A DNA stretch of 64,000 nt from Octopus sinensis. Lineage: Eukaryota. The stretch is from the NCBI RefSeq assembly GCF_006345805.1, contig NC_043015.1:29760001-29824000 (forward strand), written 5' to 3'. The position numbers and the translations under genes are program-made. The notes beneath the pieces were generated by a model, which was not told the DNA's origin, did not search any database, and saw nothing but the letters and a program-made list of their open reading frames with translations. Below are positions 27,334 to 40,320 of the stretch, one piece after another. The first letter of the stretch is position 1. Every line of letters starts with the position of its first letter.

Positions 27334-27869
27334 TAAACTTAGCCAATTGCTAACTTCCCTCCATCGACAAGAGTTGAAAGTAAAAATCTACAATTAATAT
27401 TTATTGCCCACTTAAGTCCATTTTCTTCATCTGCTAAAGATGCTTGTATCTAACAATATTCTAGTGTCACCACCATCTTGCAGTTATCTACTAACAATAG
27501 TGTCATCAACCCACTGCAATTTCTTTGCCGACTGTTAATGTTGCTAGTACGACCATATTGCAGTCTCTTTAGCATCTGCTAAGTAATACTAGTCATTATC
27601 TTACAATTTCTTCGCTTTCTGATAAATGATACTTATGTCAACATCTGACAGTTTCTTTGCCATCTGCTAATTTTGCCATCTAAACGAAACTAGGGCCACG
27701 TTTGTGCAGCATAAGCTAAATAGAGAGACCGTACAGTTAAATCGCCTTACCATCACACTAGACTTTTAAATACTGATAAATTATACGCAGTTCAATAATA
27801 CAAATTGTCCATTTGGTGTGTTGGAATGGTCGGAAATGTGGCTTTAAGCTGTAGAAAAACATTCACTAG

Positions 27870-27953
27870 ACCTTATTTGGTGAGAGCGAGCGAAAGAGAG
27901 AGAGCGAGAGAGCGAGTGAGAGCGAGCGAGTGAGAGCGAGTGAGAGAGAGAGC

Positions 27954-28000
<47 letters not shown>

Positions 28001-28790
28001 AGTGAAAGAGAGAGAGAGAGAGAGCGCGAGTGAAAGAGAGAGAGGGTAAAGAGAGAGCGGGTGAGAGAGAAAGAGAGGGTAAGGTGAGAGAGAGAGAGAG
28101 GGTAAGGTGAGAGAGAGAGAGAGGGTAAGGTGAGAGGGAGAGAGAGTAAAGAGACCGAGTGCGGGAGAGAGAAAGAATAAATAGAGAGCGAGTGTGAGGG
28201 AGAGAATGTAGAGAGATCGGGTTAGTGTAGAGAGAGAGCGGTTGACAGTGAGAGAGAGGCTGAGAGAGTAAAGAGAATGCGAGTGAGAGCGAGAGAGCGG
28301 GAGTGAGAGCGAGAGAGCGGGAGTGAGAGCGAGAGAGCGGGAGTGAGAGCGAGAGAGCGGGAGTGAGAGCGAGAGAGCGGGAGTGAGAGCGAGAGAGCGG
28401 GGGCGAGTGAGAAGGCGTAAGAGGGAGCACAGGTGCGCGCGAGACAGTGAAAGTAAGAGAGCGCGATGAAGAGCGAAAGAGAGCGCGATAAGAGCGAAAG
28501 AGAGCGCGATAAGAGCGAAAGAGAGCGCGATAAGAGCGAAAGAGAGCGCGATAAGAGCGAAAGAGAGCGCGATAAGAGCGAAAGAGAGCGCGATAAGAGC
28601 GAAAGAGAGCGCGATAAGAGCGAAAGAGAGCGCGATGAAGAACCTGAAAGCGTAAGGGAGAGCGAAAGAGAGCGCGGTGAAGAGCGAAAGAGAGCGCGGT
28701 GAAGAGCGAAAGAGAGCGCGATGAAGAGCGAAAGAGAGCGCGATGAAGAGCGAAAGAGAGCGCAAGGGAGAGCGTAAGGGGGAGAGTGAG
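27870..28790 (+). repeat. Purine-rich (GA)n-derived block with 20-bp and 21-bp minisatellites
   Basis: (GAGAGCGGGAGTGAGAGCGA)n at about 28290-28400 and (AAGAGCGAAAGAGAGCGCGAT)n at about 28465-28760. Confidence 0.95.
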
Positions 28791-29227
28791 GGAATTAATA
28801 TATGTAATTGATTTTTTTTTAATGAATTAGTTTAAAACTATTAAATAGAAAAGTGCATCTCCACACACACAAGTCATTTCACTGACGTTATTGAAGTTAT
28901 AAGCAGGAAGCACTTACGAAATATTAAGGAGAACAAAAACGAAGAAGAAGCCAACTTAATAAATCGATATATATGTAAAAATATGCTAAACTAACAATGC
29001 GATACGAACGTAAAATTTGTAGTTTGTACTGAAGCAACAGTGTACTAGCATCACTACTACAGCTCTACAATAGATTAAATCTTGATACGATTGCCACTAC
29101 TAATTTAAACGAAATCTTGTGATTTCACGTAGATTCAGCGAGTTGAGAGGTTTCATTAATATGAGAGTAGATAAGCGGATATTAAAATATATTCAAGTAG
29201 ATTTCTATTCTAGATTGAAGGAAATAG

Positions 29228-30415
29228 AGAAAGAGAGAGAGTGTGTGAAAGAGAGAGAGAGAGTGTGTGTGTGTGAAAGAGAGAGAGAGTGAAAGAGAGA
29301 GAGAGAGAGTGTGAAAGAGAGAGAGAGAGAGAGAGTGTGTGTGTGTGTGAAAGAGAGAGAGAGAGAGAGTGTGTGAAAGAGAGAGAGAGAGAGAGAGAGT
29401 GTGTGTGAAAGAGAGAGAGAGAGAGAGGTGTGTGAGAGAGAGAGAGAGAGAGAGTGTGTGTGAAAGAGAGAGAGAGAGAGAGAGAGTGTGTGTGAAAGAG
29501 AGAGAGAGAGAGTGTGTGTGAAAGAGAGAGAGAGAGAGAGTGTGTGTGAAAGAGAGAGAGAGAGTGTGTGTGAAAGAGAGAGAGAGAGTGTGGTGTGTGA
29601 AAGAGAGAGAGAGGTGTGTGTGTGAAAGAGAGAGAGAGAGTGTGGTGTGTGAAAGAGAGAGAGAGAGTGTGGTGTGAAAGAGAGAGAGAGAGAGTGTGAA
29701 AGAGAGAGAGAGAGGAGTGTGTGAAAGAGAGAGAGAAGAGAGAGTGTGTGAAAGAGAGAGAGAGTGTGGTGAAAGAGAGAGAGAGAGAGAGTGTGTGAAA
29801 GAGAGAGAGAGAGAGAGTGTGTGAAAGAGAGAGAGAGAGAGAGTGTGTGAAAGAGAGAGAGAGAGAGTGTGTGAAAGAGAGAGAGAGAGAGTGTGAAAGA
29901 GAGAGAGAGAGTGTGAAAGAGAGAGAGAGAGAGTGTGAAAGAGAGAGAGAGAGAGTGTGAAAGAGAGAGAGAGAGTGTGTGTGAAAGAGAGAGAGAGAGT
30001 GTGTGTGTGTGAAAGAGAGAGAGAGAGTGTGTGTGAAAGAGAGAGAGTGTGTGTGTGAAAGAGAGAGAGAGTGTGTGTGTGCGTGAAAGAGAGAGAGAGT
30101 GTGTGAAAGAGAGAGAGTGCGTGAAAGAGAGAGAGTGCGTGAAAGAGAGAGAGTGCGTGAAAGAGAGAGAGTGCGTGAAAGAGAGGGAGTGCGTGAAAGA
30201 GAGGGAGTGCGTGAAAGAGAGGGAGAGTGTGTGCGTGAATGAGAGAGAGAGAGAGTGTGTGTGTGTGTGTGTGTGTGCGTGAAAGAGAGAGTGTGTGTGT
30301 GCGTGAAAGAGAGAGTGTGTGTGTGCGTGAAAGAGAGAGTGTGTGTGTGCGTGAAAGAGAGAGGTGTGTGTGTGTGTGCGTGTGTGCGCGTGAAAGAGAG
30401 AGAGAGAGTGTGTGT

Positions 30416-30466
<51 letters not shown>

Positions 30467-30476
30467 GAGAGAGAAA
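29228..30476 (+). repeat. Compound microsatellite array of (GT)m-GAAA-(GA)n units
   Basis: Directly visible; it accounts for the 400-aa low-complexity pseudo-ORFs. Confidence 0.95.
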
Positions 30477-31965
30477 GCATTAACACTCAAACTGTCATTG
30501 TTTCCTGTGTCAAAGGAGTCTTCTTGTGGTTGTGAGGTTAAGTTCGCTTTAACTACGTGGTTTCGAGATCGATTTCACTGCACGCCACCTTGGACAAGTG
30601 CATCCTCTAAAAACGTGGCTTCCGAACGATCGAAGCCTTGTGAAATTTGGTAGACGTGTTCTTGGACACTCGCCCTGCCACCTTTGTCTAACATCGCCAC
30701 TTTGATCGTTAGTTGATTTTTAGAAGAGATCACACCGTTTCAAATATCCAGGCCAGGTTCTTGGCCAGTCGGCAACTTTCTACCATCCTTAAAGTCTCGT
30801 AAGCCTTGAAAAGAGCCATGGGCTCTAGTCTTCCCACTAACCAAATTCCCTTCCCTTAAAATTAATCGAAAGTTGAAATATTCAAAATTGATTGATTCTT
30901 GAATAAGGAATAAATTCTAATTGTCATTAAGGAGCGAGGCATTAAAACCACAAATTCTTCTTTCCAGTGTTAAAGAATTCGTGCTTTAATACATTCCCGA
31001 ATGCAAAAGGGATATAAATTTTCGTTGAATATAATTTACATATCCCACTATTTCGATTTTTTAATTGTTAATAAGATTCAGTTAAAAATAATTTTTAATC
31101 CTTCAAAATATTAAAAAAAAAATGAAAGGAAGATGGCAGAATGAGCCTTGCAACCATAAACTCCCTAAATTACCTAAAAAGGCAGGGCACGAATCCTGCA
31201 TCTATTAACTTGTCCATCAAAACCGAGGAAAGGGAGCTTTCATTCCCCCCGCCCCCACCTCCCATGCACCAACGACATTCTAACCGAACCATCCTCGATT
31301 CCGACATCACAGTGCAAAAGCGATGTTGTGGAATTGATGCTTCGCCGTTCGGTTTTCTTTATCGTATTCAGCTATTCCACTTGCTTTTCCGAAGGCAATG
31401 GAAAAAATATGATGCTTTGTACCTTTCTAAAAATATGATGCCTTGTACCTTTCTAACATTCCTGTTTAAGCCGGAATAAAAAAAATTAATTATAAATTTC
31501 ATACTAACTGACGTTACGCCGTCTCCAAGAGAGCCCCACCATTTAATAAGTAACCATACCTCTAAACAGCACCAAACATAATGCCACCGTCAATAATCTA
31601 CATCTACTAAGCTTAACAATTTTTATCCCAACATAACTAACACCCACCGATTATTTATGGTAATCAATCTGAGTTCGATCCGCTGAACATTCGTTCATCA
31701 TGCCATCCACAAACACCTTGCCAAATCAAATTTACTGTCGCCATGCAACTAACCGGGTGTCAGAACTGATGAGACTGGGAAAACTGCTAAGCTACTAGTT
31801 CCACTACCGCTACTAGATAACGACTGCTTGTTTTATATACTACCAATTCCTTTCAGACTATGGTTGCGTGACCTGAAGTTGGCTCCACCTTCTTTAAAAC
31901 GCACACACAAACATACTCGAATACATGCATATATGTACATATTTGCATACAAAATTTCTACATGC

Positions 31966-32014
<49 letters not shown>

Positions 32015-35000
32015 TGTATATATAACACGTTGAAAGGCATGAGCGATTTCAATACATGTATATAAAGCAATTTGCCTTGTTGAAAAGTAAATTTTAAAAA
32101 GGTATAATAATCAAGCTTAAGTGGGTGGTATCTAGCAAGTGGCAGACGATAACTAATGGCGAAGCTAGCTGTTTAACGTAAAAAGAAAAAAAAGTGTGTT
32201 TGTGAGTGGAATGGTATATTTTAACTGTTGTAGGCAGTCATGATAGTTTGTTAGAAGCAACAAGTGCCGCCTTTATTTTATAGCAAGCAACTATAACTAG
32301 CAGTTTTATGCTGCTTTAATGCCTAGGCTTTAAAATTCTCTTCTGTTTCCACCAAAACCACAACTAGAGTCACCGCCGCTACCGCTACTATTTCTCTAAT
32401 TTATCTGGTAGAGATCCATTGGCTTCGGCTACTGTGTAATTTCGTTGCTGCGTTAGTTTAACGTTAAAAGACGGAAGGCAAACGGAGTATGGAAACTGGT
32501 TTGGTTAAGTAGTGATTTATGGAAGGAATTAAAAGCCTCATCTAATCATCATCATTATCAATCTACACCCTGTCATCTCGTTTCCTCTCAGCCGTCAGCC
32601 AAGAAACTCTGGCAGTAGATGTAATTACCAAGCTTAAATATATAGATTGCTGTCGAAATTTACTGTAATTAAGAATTTTCAGAGTGGAAGGGAACAAGAG
32701 GTTGCGAAAAAATAAAGGAGGAAATGAAAAAACGAAAGGGAAGAATAAAAGGAAATGAAATTTGTCAATTATTACTTTGAAATAGTGACAAAACTCCCTA
32801 TGTATTAGAGATGGAGAGAGAGAGAGAAAGAAAAGTGGGAATTCGTGCTTTTTCCTTTAACAGAGAAAGGAGACTGCAGTCGAAAACGGGAACTGCATAT
32901 TGGAGAAAAAGGACTCACCGAGTTTTTACTACGAGCTCTATAGAGTAGTACTTCCAATTTCGTGAAGAAAATTTTTTAGAAATTAGATTTTAATTATGTA
33001 CCACGCGTAAAAGCCTACTTATGAATTTTATTTTATATTTAATTATATATGAAAGAAAAACAGGTCTCCAGATTTGTGGTACAACTTCAGCTTAAATGCC
33101 TTGTCTTTTCTCAGAAAATTCGAATAAATGAACAGGTACAAGTGAAAAAAAATAATCTTCCCCAGGGTATGTGGTTGATAAAAGGGTCAGTGATGGGCTG
33201 AGGTAGGACTATTATAAATTGACATACCCACTCCCATCAATTCATGGCATTGTACCCTTAACTAATGATAGAAAATGTTACCATCAGAACACTAGTGTGG
33301 CTCCATCGATGCAACATATTCCAATTAATCTATGGAATGGGGAGAGCGAAAGAGAGAGGCCTCTAAAGGTGATTTAATGATATTTGGTCATTTGCATTAT
33401 TCTGATCTCATCATTGTCATCACGAGTCTTTATCGTCACGTGATCAGCGACAAGACTGTTCAGCTCTGAATTCTTCCCTTATGTGATGGTCATTCTTGGC
33501 CTATTTCGAAAATTGCAAAAATCTTAATTTTTTTCAACCCTGCTCCAAATTAGTACCTAACTCCCATCTCCATTTGAAACCCCTAAAGTTAAAAAAATTT
33601 TGCTTCTTAAAAAAAAAAAAAGAAAAGGTAAATTTCATCTTTTAAGAACATTTTGTATGACATGACATTTCTGGCTTTCCTCATATTTTAGTTGTTCCGG
33701 GTCACTGAACTGCGGCCATGCAGGGACACCGCTTTCAATGGTTTCAGTCGATAATATCGATCTCAGTACTTAGTCTGGTGCTTTTCTTTAAATTAGCGAT
33801 CAGTTTATCGAATTGCATTATGTCATGTCTAGAAATCGAAGCACGCGCCTCTCCTTAAAAGACTGAAATTATAGACAAGCTGTAGCTAGCTGGAGATCGA
33901 GTAAATCTTCCATGAAGCAGCGTGAAGCTAGTTTTGCCGGTTATCACGTGAGAGACGTTTCGATCTGCTGTTGGAGAGACACCAGCTGTAGAGAAACAGC
34001 CATTGCATTTATAAAGAGAAATATCACCCAATGCTTCTTCCATCAGCCTTTAAATCATTCTAAAGCACTGACATAAAAATGCCGGTTTAATGACTACAAA
34101 ATTTGACATTTGTAAACGAGTGACTATTAAGATTATGATGTTTCATTCAGTATAACTGAAAAAAAAAACCGGTAATATCATTTAGGGATTAGGGTGTTTG
34201 CTAGAACTATAAGGGAAGGAAAAAAAAATCATCAATATTATATTGCAAAACTCAATGTTACTTTATTAGTGAAGTTGGTGGAACAGTTATGAACAAGTTA
34301 AGTTAATTTTCCTCTATAATGAAACTGAACTCGTGTTTCAGAATTAAAAAGCAAGATATATTATTAAAATTAAGGTGATATTGCAGATTCATCATGGCTG
34401 CACGATTGATAAAATAATTTATAGCAATCTGCTGTAACTGAACATCTAATATTCAGTATATAAAAGAATCGAAACGGCAGAATCAAGGTTTCCAGTAGCA
34501 ATGCCTTGCGTGAAGGGACAGTTTTTGCTTCAGATTAACTAGAAAACGACCATGTTCATTAACATTGAGAAAAAAAAAAAAAAAAAAAAAAAAAAAGGAC
34601 TTGTGTGATAATTGAACATTTGATTTGATAAAAAATTGTATATTTAAAAGTGACATTTTTTTTTCCATGACTAAAAATGATTAGTGGTGAGTGACAACAT
34701 TTTTGATGATAAGTGCCAAAAATTGTGACATGTGTCAAACTGCCAAGATGATACCGGTTGTCTAAATAGTATTTATACGCAAACATATTGTCACTAATAT
34801 CCATTCAGTAGCATGGTTTAAGAATTAAAATCCGTACAATATGGAACCTCGCACAAACATTTTCGATGCTTTTATTAATATATCTGAAATAAATGAAGCA
34901 TTTAATTCTGGAATATTCAAAAATCGTTAAAGAAAAAAAAATCATTCTTCAGATCTCAACAGCTGTCTACTCACTCACTCATTGTTCCTACCCACCCCCA

Positions 35001-36409
35001 TATGTTATTTCCTGTTTACACCCAGACCTCCCGACAGGTTTAATCAGCATAATTACAAGTAAGCATTTCCTCAGAGTTGGTTTTGCTTCGCTGCTCAAAA
35101 ATTACCGTTTGTTATATCTCACACGAAGAGAAATATGCCTGAAATTTGATGGAGCAGATCAACGATCTTCCAACCGTGGCCATTCCATCCGCATATTTCC
35201 ATGACTACATTATTCAATGTGTCACCGTTTTTTTTTAAATAATATAGTAAGCCCGTGAGAGATCTGGTTGTTATTTCTAGCAGATTAAACGATCAGATAA
35301 AGGAAGTGGCATATGTCCATAAAATCTTATCCCACTATCCAGGCATCCAATTCTATCACATGTCATCCATAATATATACCACAGCCTGCCGCTAATTCAG
35401 CATCCATTGATCGCATGACAGTCACATGCCACAATACGACAGTCCACATGAAGTATTTAATTAAATTCAACCATATGTTCGTTGACATTCAATTTCATTG
35501 AAATAAATTACAGTTTTTTTTATTGTTGGGAGTGGGGAAACGTTGTAGCAAGATATGGGGAAAATTGTCAATGGCATTTCTTGCTCCTTTCATACTCCAC
35601 ACTCACACTTTCTCACACGCACAAGAAAATCAACGGCTCCAGCAGGAATTTGAAAGGTCTCAGAAAAGCGCCGAGAACTCAACGCTATTTCCCCAACATC
35701 CAGTATTGCAATTATAAGATGTAACAGGGAAGAGGAGAGATAATACAAAGTATCACTTTTATTAAATCTGGGCGAAGTGACAAGAAAAGACATTGGGTGG
35801 TATTTGAACTCGGAAATTAGAGCCTTCTAAGTACCTAGTTTGGTAGTTCAGATCACCACAGCTCGAACGGCAGTTTCTTATACAATCGACAGTAGCCCCA
35901 GAAATTACTGGATGGAACAAGGTCCACAGCAGTTATTGTCAGTATTACAGATGTTCAAAAAATAATATTCTCTTCACCCTAAAAATTGGGGGATATATTG
36001 GATATTGTATTCTTGTAACAGAATACAATTAATGGATGGATGAAGAATGGGGGGGGGGGCAAATTAGACTAGAAACATTCAGTGGATTGAACAATAGGCA
36101 GGAAAATAAGACCACGAAGGAGTTCCAACAAAAGAGACTTTTGGCAAGCATCAGCTCGGCTGGATTGAAAGGAAAACAAGAAGGGGACGGTATGAGAGAA
36201 AAAGGGGACAGACAATATTAAAACATTAATAACTGTTCACGGGAAAGAGCAGGAAGGGGTTTCAATAAGAGAGAGAGAGAGAGAACACCGAGGTTTCTGC
36301 AGCAATCACTGGGAGGAAATATTTTGGGAGCTGTCGGCTTACAGACTAAATTGATCCCTATGAAACAGCCCTACCAAATGTTAGTGTGCTGTATGGCATT
36401 GGGGTTTAC

Positions 36410-36805
36410 CTTGTAGTTACAATAGAGTGGGGTTCAAATCTTGATCGCAAGACAACGAATAGAACTTTTTAATTAGCATTAGCTGTTCACCGCTGGTCAA
36501 CACTGGATGAACAGAATTGTCATAGGCGCTTCGACCGCGACAGTCCTGCCTTTAGTTGTAGTTGCTATAGAGCGGGGCTTAAATATTGATTGCAAGACAA
36601 CAACTAGGACTCTTCAGGCAGTGGAAGCACTGAATGAGCACAATGATCATAGGCGTGTCAGCCATGACATTCCTGCCTTTACTTGTAGTTGCTATAGAGC
36701 GGGGCTTAAATCTTGATAGCAAGACAACTAGGACTCTTCAGGCAGTGGAAGCACTGAATGAGCAGAATGATCATGGGCGTTTCAGCCACGACAGTCCTGC
36801 CTTTA
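36410..36805 (+). repeat. Tandem repeat of three units (about 145, 127 and 124 bp)
   Basis: TTGTAGTTGCTATAGAGCGGGGCTTAAAT..TTGAT..GCAAGACAAC...CCTGCCTTTA. Units 36555-36681 and 36682-36805 are close; unit 1 is diverged. Confidence 0.9.
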
Positions 36806-37805
36806 GCGATATGTACGAGTTGAGCTAGCCACATTATATCAATGTAGTCGTGGTTGCTATTTCTTGCAGGTCGAGCGACCGTGTAAAAAGGCTTCCCTTC
36901 ATCGACTCGTTTTAGCGGTGGAGAGGAGAGAACAGACTTGGTGTGTAATGGTGGTGTTGAGAACAGAGGTGGTTTGTTGAGGCGGTGGTGGTGGTGGGGC
37001 TGGTGGTGAACATAGAGAACGGCTGGAAGAGGGTGCCTATTAGCAATTACTTTAATATATTGGTTGGAGAGGAGGACGAGGAGACTCGTTCTGTTGTACA
37101 CAACAGTAGCAGCAGCAGCCGCAGAAGGCTACTTTATTTTTCCCTACGTGGAATCAGCTAAACACAAAAAAAAAAACGAAAACAAAAACAAGGCTAGGGT
37201 CTGGCCTTCTGACAAAAGGGGATTTTAACATGCCGTCTTCGAAAGCGACAGACAGCAAGCACGCTTTCAACCGCTTCCCTTTCTACTTATTGTAAATGCG
37301 TGTGTGTATGCGAGCGATTCTGTGATAGCAAGCTTCGTCACAGAACTTGACAGATGGAAGGTCGGCTATACGAGAGAGAGAGAGAGAGAGGGAGTGTGCG
37401 TGTTAGAGAGAGAGTTGTAGAGAAAGAAGCTGGCTGTATTATATATACAGCACACACACACACGCACTGGCTACCGGTATCAACCGAGTTAACAGCAATA
37501 GCAAGGAAGACGGATGTGTGATGGTGGTGACAGAAACTGTGTGTGTGAGAGAGAGAGAACATGATGGTGGTGGTGATGGCGGCGGTAAAAAGAGTGAGGG
37601 AGATGAGGATGATAGTAGCAGCGGTAAAACAGAAGGTCGTAGTAGTAGTAGTAGTAGTAGCAGCAGCGGCGGTGATGGCGGCGGCGGCGGTGGTGGTGGT
37701 GAAACTAGGAAAAGGATTAGCCCAGAAGAACGAGGCACTATTTTTGAAATATATATTTCAGAAACATGTACGGTTCTACAAAAGAACCAATTGGAATGAT
37801 GGGTT

Positions 37806-37842
<37 letters not shown>

Positions 37843-40152
37843 TGGGCAGGAATCTGTAGAAAACTTGTATCTTGCCCAGGGATAATGCTTTTTACAGGAG
37901 AACATTACTTTATTATACGAGAGAGAGATTCATACATGTTCACAACTACTGTCTTCTTTCTTCTGCTTGTAACAAATCTTAGCTTTAACTCATCCTTTTC
38001 TTAAATCGTCGCTATTATCATAAGGTAGTGAAACTGAGCGGTAAAAACAAAAGCTATTTTGTAAACCTTATTTTGTTTTCCTTAATGAACATGAGAAAAT
38101 TTTTCTAGCAAAAACTGACAATTGAACAACGAAGACCAGGTGATGAATATATTTTAATCTGTCGCTTGCTTTCTCTCTCTCTCTGCTATTCCCCCTTCCT
38201 TCCTCTCACCAAATGCTAAGCGGAACAGAACAAAGAAGCTGCGTGATTCAGTGAAAGCTTTCATATCGCCGCAAAACAAGTTCAAACCTCATCAGAAAAT
38301 TGCTTTTAAAATACAACACCGGTGATATTCGCGATCGTTTAATAACATGCTCGTTTTGCTGATAAATTAAAAGAAAAAAAAAAAAAAGCTCGTGTGCCTA
38401 GTTGAATAATAATAATTCGGCTTTATTTGAAAAATTGAAAATGAGGAAATTTATGAGTTTTATAATTCGAAAGCGAAGCCGGGGAATTGAATAGAAATTA
38501 ATAAACTTAAAAAGTAGTATTTTACTGGGAATATGGCCAGGAATCTTGTCATTTTAAGTAACATTTGTGCAATAAAGAATAAATAAAAAGGCAAATAGAC
38601 AGTCGTGTCTTACATGAAGTGGAGACGGAATATTTTGGAAGTTTTCACATATCTAATGAGGAATGTCTTTTGTTTCATTTAGATTAATTAGTTTAATATG
38701 AAGTCTTAATATATATATACAACGGCTTGAAACACACACACAGTAGTTTTTCACATGACAAACTATACACCCACATGAGGAGTTGGTGTTAGTTGAAATA
38801 AATAAAAAAAAAAAGCATTAAAATTTATGTACATCTTGTCACGGAAAGAGTTGACTGAGACCAGATTACTAGGATTAAGTAAATATCTATTGTCACCAAG
38901 ATTCGGTGACAACAGTCTTAGTTTTCTTTGCGATCACATACGGTATTCGAAAAATTTTGAAAATTTTTGTAAAATTAGAAATGGCTCTTGAATCATGTGA
39001 CAGTTTAAGATTTTAATTATACACATATATACATACATATATGCATATATATATATATACACACACACACATATGTGTCGGTACACTGGTAATGCAGGAA
39101 GAGGGGGTGATTTTCAGCTGCTTTTACTACTACCGTAGGTCCCCCCCCGTGCACACACACACACACACACACACACCCGGCTTTAGTAGTTGTATCAGCC
39201 AGCGGTTTGTCATCTGACAAGTTAGGCGCGCAGGGAACATAAAGTAGATTTCTTTGTAATCGAGTTTTTGCTTCCCACAGAAGCGAGGAAATCGTAGATA
39301 AAAGACAACACACGCACACAAGCTTAACAACCCCAGACACGATCTAAAGTGTCATCTACGTTTTATTCGGCAAATAAAAAAAAAGTGTAAAAGAAATTTA
39401 AACCGCCGTCAAAAATTTACACATATTATTATTATTATTATATATAATCTGGGCTTGTTGGCTACAAAAAATGACAACTTGAAAATCACTGTTTGACAGA
39501 ATGAACAGGAAAAATTCTAAGTGAAATAAGAAAAAAATTTAGCGGCGAACAGCGAGCTTTGCCTTGTTAAATAGCTTTTAACATGGAGCATAATTTATGT
39601 TAAGTTTAGAACTGCGTGAGCGCGCGCGCACAACGTGCGGCTTTTGAGATGAGAGCTGGAGCGGCGAGTTTTTAGCGGAGGCCGCATCGTTGTTAAAGTT
39701 AAAACAAGATGTATTAAATGATATTTGTGACGATGAAAATAAAATGAGGAAATACTAAAGGGAGTGACATTAGTTATTTCTTTTTTTAAATCTATGTAAA
39801 TCATTAAAGGAATTTAATAATTGGGTTTTTAGAGAACAGTGATAGAAATTTCCATTGATATTTAATATACGTTTACAAGATTAAAACTGCAATTACATCT
39901 TTTTCGAACAAGGTTTTTCTTTTTTTTTTTTTTGGCTATTTCTTTTTTTCTTCTCTTTTCAAAATCTTGTGAAATAAAATTTTAATTCCATATCGAAAAT
40001 GTAAAAAAAATGTTACTTAGATTTAAGAGTATTTGAAAATTTTCTGGTTATCAATTTAGAAAGAAATTTAAAAAAAAAAAACATAAAACATGGGATTGTA
40101 AAAAGATTTAAGAAAAAATAAAAAGGAAAAAAAAAAATGTTTCAATACTTAC

Positions 40153-40177
40153 ATGGAGAGTCGTTCGCTGCTGCCAT
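40153..40177 (-). CDS. Probable first coding exon of the extended SDR gene (MAAANDSP plus one base)
   Basis: AAAAAG ATG GCA context with an in-frame TAG 9 nt upstream, and consensus donor T|GTAAGT at 40152. Phase 1 matches the phase-1 acceptor at 5903, giving MAAANDSPLVLVTGASG. The join is an inference and requires a 34,249-nt intron. Confidence 0.55.
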
Positions 40178-40320
40178 CTTTTTCTACAGCGGTCACAGTA
40201 ATAATGATGTCAACGCGCTATCGAAGACGAGGCTGGAATTCCCCGCAGACACGCCCCCCTTTTATGTCGGCGCTTAAAATTGGTACAGGTTCGAATCGAG
40301 CAGACCTCGATTCAAATCAG
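40178..40320 (-). promoter_or_regulatory. Putative core promoter and 5' UTR of the SDR gene
   Basis: CpG-rich island in very AT-rich flanks. On the minus strand, TATA-like CATAAAAG near 40266-40259 is followed by a GC-box GGGGGGCGTG. An 8-bp perfect hairpin GAATCGAG/CTCGATTC lies near 40293-40313. Confidence 0.4.

Larger units (their letters stand above)
690..36900. repeat. Dispersed old repeat family D fragments (about 690-860, 3885-4060, 15960-16030, 18375-18440, 23590-23720, 26985-27047, 35250-35300, 36845-36900)
   Basis: Shared motif (C)TGCTAGAAATAGCAGCCAAATC and tail TTTGATCATAG...CTAAAC in either orientation; probably a SINE, not assigned. Confidence 0.45.

Noticed and set aside
27866-30653. 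Long ORFs of 185-434 aa
   Set aside because: They are translations of (GA)n/(GT)n arrays that lack stop codons by composition.
31141-31479. ORF with a poly-Pro stretch and an INLSIK motif
   Set aside because: No splice signals or domain support; the poly-Pro comes from a C-run.
36850-36900. Acceptor-like TTTCTTGCAG|GTCGAG
   Set aside because: It is part of the dispersed family D repeat motif.
37518-37799. Gly/Ser/Asp-rich ORF ending RKRISPEERGTIFE, which looks faintly HTH-like
   Set aside because: It is built from (GGT)n/(AGT)n/(GGC)n repeats with no splice sites or further homology.
38240-38300. Minus-strand CUGAUGAG...GAAAGCUU
   Set aside because: No stem II can form between the two boxes.
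40285-40300. B-box-like GGTTCGAATC suggesting a tRNA gene
   Set aside because: No A-box or cloverleaf is present. No genuine tRNA or rRNA gene was found in the window; SINE heads are only tRNA-derived.
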